A stretch of 34,693 nt of DNA from a virus (taxonomy: Duplodnaviria > Caudoviricetes): the IMG/VR virus record IMGVR_UViG_3300011335_000154, positions 1-34,693 of that record. One strand, given 5' to 3'. Below, in pieces: positions 1-6,832 of this stretch. A program made the position numbers and the translations under genes. Position 1 is the stretch's first letter. The number at the start of each line of letters is the position of its first letter. Under the pieces are notes generated by a model, which was given only the letters and a program-made list of their open reading frames with translations, searched no databases and was not told the origin of the DNA.

Positions 1-197
1 AAGATTGCGCCAAAATTATCCGACAAAGGGTCGTTACCTATGATTGAACAAAAGAAAGACGCACCAGGCAACCCGCCCTACTGGGTGTGTACTAACTGCA
101 AATGGGCTTTTCAGGCTTTGCAAGAGGCTAACGAGCATGGTAGGAGATGCGGTAGAGATAAACCAGCCCCTACATACCGACACTATGAACGGGAGAT
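1..197. repeat. Terminal direct repeat copy 1 (assembly circularity overlap)
   Basis: AAGATTGCGCC...GAACGGGAGAT is identical to 34497-34693, and ORFs read continuously across the join. Confidence 0.97.
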
Positions 198-204
198 CAA
201 ATGA
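40..204 (+). CDS. 54-aa C2HC zinc-finger protein (not in ORF track)
   Basis: MIEQKKDAPGNPPYWVCTNCKWAFQALQEANEHGRRCGRDKPAPTYRHYEREIK; C-x2-C-x12-H-x3-C; overlaps the upstream gene end and has an ATGA overlap with 201. Confidence 0.7.
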   Translation: MIEQKKDAPGNPPYWVCTNCKWAFQALQEANEHGRRCGRDKPAPTYRHYEREIK

Positions 205-524
205 ACGAGCCTACCCGAGCAATTCAGTTTATCGTGGATACAGCCCCTCTATATGCGAAGGCTAAGTCTGATCGTATGTTCTTGGAGGAATTCAGGAAAT
301 CAAAACACGCACAACTAAAAAGCCTTGCAAAAACTGAGGTACTTGGGAAGCAGGACACATTCGCTTATGCTCACCCTGAATATGTAGAGATACTCGAAGG
401 AATCAGGGCAGCCGTGGAAATTGAGGAGCGGTATCGCTGGTTGATGACAGCAGCCCAAGCAAAAGTAGAGTGCTGGAGAACCGCCCAGTATTCGGCACGA
501 CTTGAACAAAAGGCCACAACTTGA
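201..524 (+). CDS. Helical phage hypothetical protein
   Basis: 107-aa ORF with 4-nt overlaps on both sides. Confidence 0.75.
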   Translation: MNEPTRAIQFIVDTAPLYAKAKSDRMFLEEFRKSKHAQLKSLAKTEVLGKQDTFAYAHPEYVEILEGIRAAVEIEERYRWLMTAAQAKVECWRTAQYSARLEQKATT

Positions 525-808
525 ACAACAAACTAAGCGCAAAAGAGAGAGCGCACATCGGGAGAGTAAAACTATTGCCATGCTCAGTGTGTGGTCAACA
601 TGGGCCATGTGATGCACATCACATAGAGCAAAAACTACAATATTGCGTGATCGCTTTATGCCGTGATTGTCACAATTCACACCATGGCACTAAGGCACTC
701 TGGAGGGTTTACAAAATGACAGAATTGTCGGCATTGAATGAAACCCTGAAAAACCTAATCGAAGCTGGCGGCGGAAACCCCTCTAAAACAGATTTAAACC
801 CGTTTTGA
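521..808 (+). CDS. Ref/DUF968-like Zn-binding HNH nuclease
   Basis: LPCSVCG...DAHHI...IALCRDCH..HHG motif set. Confidence 0.7.
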   Translation: MNNKLSAKERAHIGRVKLLPCSVCGQHGPCDAHHIEQKLQYCVIALCRDCHNSHHGTKALWRVYKMTELSALNETLKNLIEAGGGNPSKTDLNPF

Positions 809-871
809 GCGTGTTTTGTACTGATCGACAACACAGAGTGAGGGTTTTGCGTTTTTTGGCTGATTTCAGAC

Positions 872-898
872 AAAAGAAAACCCGCACAATGGCGGGTT
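872..898 (-). terminator. Rho-independent terminator of the leftward mini-operon
   Basis: - strand reads AACCCGC-CATTGT-GCGGGTT followed by TTCTTTT. Confidence 0.8.
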
Positions 899-903
899 AA
901 GGG

Positions 904-954
904 TTAGCGTTTTGTAAGTATTCGGAGAATTAGAGCGAGGGTTGCATAGATCAT
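904..954 (-). CDS. 16-aa hydrophobic micropeptide
   Basis: MIYATLALILRILTKR, with AAGGGG SD-like sequence upstream, lying between the gp88 stop and the terminator. Confidence 0.45.
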   Translation of the reverse strand: MIYATLALILRILTKR

Positions 955-963
955 CAGCGCCCC

Positions 964-1611
964 TTAAATTTGCTTGAGCTTGATAACCCGTGCCATTTTT
1001 TGGCCATGAGCGGGATATGCAATCAGCGGGATAGATTTATCCCAGCAAGCACGACATCCATTACAGTTACCGCCGTGCGCATATGCTTCGCACAATTTAA
1101 CCCCGTCTCTGGCTTGGAAAGTAGAAACGTCAGGCCCGATCACCGATCCGTGCAAACCTTCAATATATTCCCCTTGGATAGAATCGCTCGAAAACCTCAC
1201 TTTTACATTAGGCAAAGCTTCCATTTGAGCGAAAACATGGGCAAATTTGGGAAATTTATGCATTCTGGAAGGCAGCCAGTGATTGACCCAAGGTGTACGA
1301 ATCATCACTTCGAGGATTTTTTCAGCCAATCCAAGGGTGTAAACGTCTCCAGAATCGAACCAACGGAAGTACCGATCCTGATCTAGTTCGTTGACCATAT
1401 CGTCAACCCAATCGAGCCGTTGCCAATCCTCACGATTAGATAATCTAGGCGCTTTTACATTGGGATAATTGTAATTTCCCGTGGTGGCATAACAGCCCCT
1501 GCATGCGTCTACTAGTTCACCAGGCGCTGCCCATGAACCAGGGCAAGTATCAAGGGCTTGCAAGCTCCAAGAACGGGCATTTAATTTTGAAGTATTTGAA
1601 ATTTTGATCAT
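964..1611 (-). CDS. Gp88-family (radical-SAM-like, Cys-rich) phage protein
   Basis: WSL...TCPG...CRGCYA, FRWFDSGD, HWLPSR, C-terminal CNGCRACWD; start placed at the ATG after AATAGGCG. Confidence 0.75.
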   Translation of the reverse strand: MIKISNTSKLNARSWSLQALDTCPGSWAAPGELVDACRGCYATTGNYNYPNVKAPRLSNREDWQRLDWVDDMVNELDQDRYFRWFDSGDVYTLGLAEKILEVMIRTPWVNHWLPSRMHKFPKFAHVFAQMEALPNVKVRFSSDSIQGEYIEGLHGSVIGPDVSTFQARDGVKLCEAYAHGGNCNGCRACWDKSIPLIAYPAHGQKMARVIKLKQI

Positions 1612-1646
1612 ATTTACGCCTATTAACAAAAGAAAAATAGAAGAGA

Positions 1647-1742
1647 TTATTTGACTAGAACGTCAAAATAAGCCAGTAACCCTATGCAAAGCAAAGAAGC
1701 AATAACAAGGGCAGCGAATAGGTCTAAAAGAGTGTTTTTCAT
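1647..1742 (-). CDS. 31-aa single-TM membrane peptide
   Basis: MKNTLLDLFAALVIASLLCIGLLAYFDVLVK with AAAGG SD. Confidence 0.6.
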   Translation of the reverse strand: MKNTLLDLFAALVIASLLCIGLLAYFDVLVK

Positions 1743-1753
1743 TGTGCGACCTT

Positions 1754-1975
1754 TCAGAGAAGCGAAGTAGTCAATTTAAAGGCGATTGAAGGCCTCTCAG
1801 AGCGTGCAAAATCTTGTCGCATGGATAACCAATCAATCTGCCTCATTGTGTTGGCCACGTAGTCGCAAACTGTCAGTGTAGGAATATCGCCCATATGCTG
1901 AGCAATGTGCGTGGTATAGCGCAGGCCATTCTCACGGATTGATCTGCGAGTTGATAGATAGTCGGTTTTTTTCAT
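1754..1975 (-). CDS. Hypothetical protein
   Basis: 73-aa ORF; shares the AATAGGCGTA leader with the gp88 gene. Confidence 0.65.
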   Translation of the reverse strand: MKKTDYLSTRRSIRENGLRYTTHIAQHMGDIPTLTVCDYVANTMRQIDWLSMRQDFARSERPSIAFKLTTSLL

Positions 1976-2062
1976 GATGTACGCCTATTGAGTTGATAAA
2001 AAGAGAGAGCATTTTTTCGACCCTCTCACATATATAGCGTGAAAGAATCATGCCAGTTGCTG

Positions 2063-2075
2063 TAACTTGTTGATT
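2063..2075 (-). promoter_or_regulatory. IHF consensus site
   Basis: AATCAACAAGTTA matches WATCAA-N4-TTR. Confidence 0.5.
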
Positions 2076-2099
2076 CTATTGACCCCTCCAAATCCCTAA

Positions 2100-2112
2100 T
2101 AGGGTTTACCCT
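2100..2112. promoter_or_regulatory. AGGGTTTACCCT palindrome between divergent genes
   Basis: Same motif as at 2525, 2575, 29859 and 33038. Confidence 0.7.
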
Positions 2113-2140
2113 TGGAACTATTGTGTGCAATAATTAAATA

Positions 2141-2153
2141 AATCAATTTTTTA
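2141..2153 (+). promoter_or_regulatory. IHF consensus site
   Basis: AATCAATTTTTTA matches WATCAA-N4-TTR, with AT-rich sequence upstream. Confidence 0.45.
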
Positions 2154-2167
2154 GTGAGGTTTGGAAA

Positions 2168-2404
2168 ATGGCAAGGCCACCAAAAAGCACAACAGTACAG
2201 TTCAGGCGGAAACTAGATAACCCCAAGTTGCAGATTCTCTTATCGGCTGGCCAAGGGAATATCAGCCAGGGATTCGAAAACCTTATGAGCTTGTATCAAT
2301 ACTTGCATGGCATTGGATACAGGGTAGATCAACCCTTGGATACCATTGGGTTAGTTACTATCGAATCCGCGAATAAAGATACAGCCCCAATGCAAGGACA
2401 CTAA
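2168..2404 (+). CDS. Small putative DNA-binding protein
   Basis: GAGG SD; basic N-terminus MARPPKS...VQFRRKL followed by two helices (ribbon-helix-helix-like, inference). Confidence 0.6.
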   Translation: MARPPKSTTVQFRRKLDNPKLQILLSAGQGNISQGFENLMSLYQYLHGIGYRVDQPLDTIGLVTIESANKDTAPMQGH

Positions 2405-2433
2405 GGGATAACGTAAGGGATTAGATAAGGGAT
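2402..2433 (+). repeat. 3x TAAGGGAT with 12-bp period
   Basis: Copies at 2402, 2414 and 2426. Confidence 0.85.
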
Positions 2434-2524
2434 AAATAGAACATGGATAGCAATGGAACTAAATCAAGTACCCTGAAAATGGTGCTTCACTCTCTCTCAC
2501 AGATAGTTATAAATCATAACGATC

Positions 2525-2538
2525 TAGGGTAAACCCTA
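2525..2538. promoter_or_regulatory. TAGGGTAAACCCTA palindrome
   Basis: 6-2-6 inverted repeat. Confidence 0.8.
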
Positions 2539-2540
2539 TG

Positions 2541-2574
2541 CTGTATGGATAGACAGTACTGGATGGATGGACAG
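2541..2574. promoter_or_regulatory. Tandem LexA (SOS) boxes
   Basis: CTGT-ATGGATAG-ACAG (2541-2556) and TA-CTGG-ATGGATGG-ACAG-TA (core 2559-2574). Confidence 0.75.
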
Positions 2575-2587
2575 TAGGGTAAACCCT
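2575..2587. promoter_or_regulatory. TAGGGTAAACCCT palindrome
   Basis: 13-nt exact repeat of 2525-2537. Confidence 0.8.
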
Positions 2588-2683
2588 GATAGGGGGGGAG
2601 GGTGGGTGTGGTGCGTGAAGATATTGATGGAGCATCCCCTATACCGAAAAAGTCAAAATGGAAACACTCCAAGAAAGGATAAA

Positions 2684-3049
2684 GTGGAACAATTGAAAAG
2701 AGGAAGAGGACGCCCTAAAGGTTCTGTAAAGATGACCATACAGAGGTTTGCTGATAACCCTCCGATGGTTTTACCTAAGACTGATCATCAGAGGCTCAAG
2801 GAGTTGAAGGAGTTGATGATTAGGAGTGGGGGTAAGGATGTGGCTCAGAAGGTGATAGAGATAGCGCTTAATGATGACCATCCACATCAATTGGTGGCTT
2901 TGAAGATGTGTTTAGATAGGACTTTACCTGTTTCCATGTTTGAGAAGGATAAGAGTCAGAGGAGTGCTGTGACGATTAACATCACTGGATTAGGTGAAGA
3001 GCCTACTATCATTGAACAACCAGAAGATGTAGAGGCTAAGTATGGCTGA
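2684..3049 (+). CDS. terS: Terminase small subunit (probable)
   Basis: AAGGA SD with GTG start; RGRGRPKGS basic motif; overlaps the terL start. Confidence 0.7.
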   Translation: MEQLKRGRGRPKGSVKMTIQRFADNPPMVLPKTDHQRLKELKELMIRSGGKDVAQKVIEIALNDDHPHQLVALKMCLDRTLPVSMFEKDKSQRSAVTINITGLGEEPTIIEQPEDVEAKYG

Positions 3050-4301
3050 TTTGAATTTTTCTCTCTTGCCATGGCAACAACAGGTCTTTGCTGACAAGAC
3101 TAGGTTTAAGGTTGTGGCTGCTGGGCGTAGGTGTGGTAAGAGTCGTATGGCGGCTGTAACGCTTCTTATAGAGGGTTTAAAGTGTCCACAAGGCTCTGCG
3201 GTGCTTTATGTAAGTCCTACGATGGGACAGTCGAGGCAGATTATCTGGGATTTACTGTTAGACCTTGGAAGAGAGGTTATTCAGAATTCCCACGTCAATA
3301 ACTTGGATATCACTCTGATAAACGGAGCAAGAATCTATGTTCGTGGTGCTGATAGACCTGATACGCTTCGTGGTGTGTCCTTGACCTATGCGGTACTAGA
3401 CGAAGTAGCGGATATTAAACCAGAGGCTTGGGAACAGGTTATCAGGGCTTCTTTGTCTGACAAGAAGGGTAGAGCCTTGTTTATTGGGACTCCTAAAGGT
3501 AGGAACTGGTTTCACGATACCTTCAAGTTGGGGGAGTCTGGAGAGGATGAGGATTGGAAGTCGTGGCACTTTACGACTCAAGATAACCCTTTGATAGACC
3601 CTAAAGAGATAGAAAGTGCTAAGAAGACCCTGAGTAGCTTTGCTTTCAAACAAGAGTATTTGGCGAGTTTCTCGAATGCGGGTGCTGATGTTTTTAAAGA
3701 GGAATGGGTTAAATATGGGGAAATTCCTGAACATGGGAGTTACTTTGTAGCGGTGGACTTGGCGGGATTTGAGGAGGTTGCTAAACAGGCGGCTAATTCT
3801 AAGAAGCGGTTGGATGAGTCTGCTATTGCTGTTGTGAAGGTGACGGATGATGGTAAGTGGTATGTTAAGGAGATAGAACATGGACGCTGGGATATTAGAA
3901 CTACTGCCACAAATATCTTAATGGCAATAAGAGACTACCGCCCATTGTCTATAGGTATTGAAAGGGGGGCATTAAAAAATGCCGTTCTGCCATATCTTTC
4001 GGATTTGATGCGAAAAAACAATATTTACGCTCATATAGTAGACCTTACTCATGGCAACAAGAAAAAATCAGACAGGATTATTTGGGCATTGCAAGGACGC
4101 TTTGAACATGGCAGAATCATACTTAATTCAGAAGAAAACTGGGATGATTTTGTTGATCAACTTCTAATGTTTCCCTCTAATGGTGTTCACGATGATTTGC
4201 CCGATAGTTTGAGCTACATAGACCAACTTGCTGTAACAAGTTATTTTGAAGAAAGTGATGAAGATGAGTGGAAACCAGTCGACATTATTTCAGGTGTCTG
4301 A
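3042..4301 (+). CDS. terL: Terminase large subunit
   Basis: Walker A AGRRCGKS, Walker B AVLDE, GTP coupling motif, nuclease VDLAG and HDDLPD. Confidence 0.96.
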   Translation: MADLNFSLLPWQQQVFADKTRFKVVAAGRRCGKSRMAAVTLLIEGLKCPQGSAVLYVSPTMGQSRQIIWDLLLDLGREVIQNSHVNNLDITLINGARIYVRGADRPDTLRGVSLTYAVLDEVADIKPEAWEQVIRASLSDKKGRALFIGTPKGRNWFHDTFKLGESGEDEDWKSWHFTTQDNPLIDPKEIESAKKTLSSFAFKQEYLASFSNAGADVFKEEWVKYGEIPEHGSYFVAVDLAGFEEVAKQAANSKKRLDESAIAVVKVTDDGKWYVKEIEHGRWDIRTTATNILMAIRDYRPLSIGIERGALKNAVLPYLSDLMRKNNIYAHIVDLTHGNKKKSDRIIWALQGRFEHGRIILNSEENWDDFVDQLLMFPSNGVHDDLPDSLSYIDQLAVTSYFEESDEDEWKPVDIISGV

Positions 4302-4800
4302 GACAAAGTTTTGCTCAAAATGTAAAGAAACTTTATCCGTAGATTTGTTTTTTAAAAATAAGAGTCGTAGCGATGGATTGCAAGGCTATTGCAAAAAATG
4401 CAAATGTCTAAGGGATAGGCAATATGATGCGGAACACAGAGACAAAATAAACGGGGCAGCACGAAAGCGCAGGTCTTCTGGTGATTCAAGACAAGCTCAC
4501 TTAGATGCCTTAACAAGATATCGTGCTAAAAATCAACCAGTTCGGACAAAGCTCCAAATGGCTAGAAAAAGCGCAAAATTGAAGCGAACACCAAACTGGC
4601 TAACAGAGTTTGACCTCCTAAAGATTAAATGCCTTTACCAATTGGCGGCAATGCGTAGTAGGGAAAGTGGGCAAACTTGGCATGTTGACCATATAATACC
4701 CCTACAAGGCGAGTTTGTTAGCGGTCTTCATGTGCCGAACAATCTTCAGGTCATACCCGCAATCGAAAATATGCGGAAAAGCAACCACTACGGGGTCTAA
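4264..4800 (+). CDS. HNH homing endonuclease-like protein with N-terminal Zn ribbon
   Basis: CSKC...YCKKC; WHVDHIIPLQG..VSGLHVPNNLQVIPAIENMRKSN; start uncertain. Confidence 0.9.
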   Translation: MSGNQSTLFQVSETKFCSKCKETLSVDLFFKNKSRSDGLQGYCKKCKCLRDRQYDAEHRDKINGAARKRRSSGDSRQAHLDALTRYRAKNQPVRTKLQMARKSAKLKRTPNWLTEFDLLKIKCLYQLAAMRSRESGQTWHVDHIIPLQGEFVSGLHVPNNLQVIPAIENMRKSNHYGV

Positions 4801-4801
4801 T

Positions 4802-6832
4802 ATGGATCAAAACGAGTTTTACGAGCCAACAGAGAATGACAAGGAACTAACAGCCTTTGTTATTGATCATTGTGATAGATGGCGAGACTATCGTAACGTC
4901 AATTTCTTGGATGACTACCTAGAATACGAACGTATTTTCCGTGGTGAATGGGCGGCAGAGGACAAAACTCGTGACTCTGAACGCTCTAGAATCGTTACTC
5001 CCGCTACCCAACAAGCCGTTGAGACTCGTCATGCTGAGATCATGGAGGCTATCTTTGGTCAAGGTGAGTTCTTTGACATTGAAGATGACCTTAAAGACAT
5101 AGATGGAAATCCTTTAGACGTTGAGATGCTAAAAGCTCAACTCATGGAGGACTTCAAACAAGACAAAATCCGTAAATCCATTGATCAAATTGAATTGATG
5201 GCAGAAATCTACGGAACTGGCATTGGTGAGATCGTTGTTAAGACAGAAAAGGTCTTTGAACCCGCTACTCAGTCAATTCCTGGTCAAACTGGTCAAGCAG
5301 CCATTGGTGTTGTAGAAAAGACACGCATTGCTGTGAAAATCATGCCTGTAAACCCCAAGAACTTCTTGTTTGACCCTAATGGAACAAGTGTAGATGACTG
5401 TATGGGTGTGGCTATTGAGAAGTATGTTGGTATCCACAAGATTGTTGAAGGCATTGAGAAGGGTATCTATCGTAAGGTAGACATCACTCCTACCTATGAA
5501 GACACAGATTTAGAGCCAACACAAGAACTTAGCCAATATCGTGATGAAAAAGTGCGTTTATTGACGTACTATGGTCTAGTTCCTCGTGAATATCTGATGG
5601 AAAAAGACGTAGAAGTCGAAGAGTTGTTCCCTGATGACTCAGCGGCAGAGGATTATTCCGACATGGTTGAGGCAATTGTTGTGATTGCCAATGATGGACT
5701 TCTTCTGAAAGCAGAAGAAAACCCATACATGATGAAGGATCGTCCTGTTCTGACATACCAAGACGATACAGTTCCTAATCGACTCTTAGGTCGCGGCACT
5801 GTAGAGAAGTCCTACAATATGCAGAAGGCTATTGATGCTCAAGTTCGTTCACACTTGGACTCTTTGGCACTGACGACAAGCCCCATGATGGGTATGGATG
5901 CTACTAGACTGCCTAGAGGTGCTAGATTTGAGGTAAAGCCAGGCAAAGCCTTCATGGTCAATGGTAATCCCGCAGAGATTCTCTATCCGTTCAAGTTCGG
6001 TGAGACCAGTCTGAATAACCTGAATACTGCCAAAGAGTTTGAACGTATGCTCCTTCAGGCGACTGGTACTTTGGATAGTCAAGGAATGGTTAGTCAGGGT
6101 AATCGTGATGGTGCGGGTATGAGCATGGCGGTTGCTACGATTATCAAGAAATACAAGCGTACCTTGGTGAACTTCCAAGAAGACTTCTTGATTCCGTTCA
6201 TTCAGAAAGCCGCTTTCAGGTATATGCAGTTTGACCCTGAGAGATATCCTTCTGTGGACATGAAGTTCATGCCTACTGCTACCTTGGGTATTATTGCTAG
6301 AGAGTATGAACAGCAACAGTTCATTGGTTTACTCCAGACTCTTGGCCCTAACACTCCTGTTCTGCCGTTGATCCTTAAAGGTATCTTGAACAACTCTAGT
6401 TTGACAAACAGATATGAGTTGATTGGTGCTTTGGATCAGATGAGTAAACCTGACCCACAAGCCCAAGAGATGCAACAAGTTCAACAGCAGTTGGCTTTGC
6501 AAGCGGCACAGGCTCAGATTGCTGTTAATACGACACAAGCAGAGCAGAATCGTGCAGAGGCTACTAAGTTGATGACAGAGGCTCAATTGATGCCTCAAGA
6601 AGTTCAGGCGAAGGTGATTGCTTCTACAACGAAGAATCTGCCTCAAGGGAACGAGTCTAATGAGTTTGACAAACGAGTAAAGATTGCTGAACTGATGTTA
6701 AAAGAAGCCGATATTAAGAACAAGAGCAAGATTGTAGAATTGCAGATGAACAATGCACGAAACAATGTTGTCGATGTAGAAAACGACTTTTTGGAAAGTT
6801 TGAACACGGAGTTACAGAATGGCAATCGATAA
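4802..6832 (+). CDS. Portal protein
   Basis: Position after terL; YGTGIGEI and NPKNFLFDP motifs; Q/A-rich C-terminal coiled-coil barrel as in P22-like portals. Confidence 0.9.
   Translation: MDQNEFYEPTENDKELTAFVIDHCDRWRDYRNVNFLDDYLEYERIFRGEWAAEDKTRDSERSRIVTPATQQAVETRHAEIMEAIFGQGEFFDIEDDLKDIDGNPLDVEMLKAQLMEDFKQDKIRKSIDQIELMAEIYGTGIGEIVVKTEKVFEPATQSIPGQTGQAAIGVVEKTRIAVKIMPVNPKNFLFDPNGTSVDDCMGVAIEKYVGIHKIVEGIEKGIYRKVDITPTYEDTDLEPTQELSQYRDEKVRLLTYYGLVPREYLMEKDVEVEELFPDDSAAEDYSDMVEAIVVIANDGLLLKAEENPYMMKDRPVLTYQDDTVPNRLLGRGTVEKSYNMQKAIDAQVRSHLDSLALTTSPMMGMDATRLPRGARFEVKPGKAFMVNGNPAEILYPFKFGETSLNNLNTAKEFERMLLQATGTLDSQGMVSQGNRDGAGMSMAVATIIKKYKRTLVNFQEDFLIPFIQKAAFRYMQFDPERYPSVDMKFMPTATLGIIAREYEQQQFIGLLQTLGPNTPVLPLILKGILNNSSLTNRYELIGALDQMSKPDPQAQEMQQVQQQLALQAAQAQIAVNTTQAEQNRAEATKLMTEAQLMPQEVQAKVIASTTKNLPQGNESNEFDKRVKIAELMLKEADIKNKSKIVELQMNNARNNVVDVENDFLESLNTELQNGNR

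Noticed and set aside
1-197. 197-bp repeat as a biological terminal repeat
   Set aside because: It begins and ends inside genes, so it is more simply an assembly overlap of a circular or permuted genome
44-265. ORF-track 73-aa protein
   Set aside because: The frame 40-204 has an ATG start, clean coupling and a zinc-finger motif
970-1386. Long antisense ORFs (also 3396-3881, 5849-6316, 25395-25814 and others)
   Set aside because: They lie opposite well-supported genes and show no SD or recognisable motifs
2525-2587. Mini CRISPR array (13-nt repeat with 37-nt spacer)
   Set aside because: Repeat too short, only two copies, no cas genes, and the spacer is fully explained by two SOS boxes
2567-2683. 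N-terminal extension of terS
   Set aside because: It runs through the operator and G-tract; an SD plus GTG at 2684 is a better start
4715-4801. Portal start at 4715
   Set aside because: It overlaps the HNH catalytic region; ATG 4802 follows the HNH stop directly
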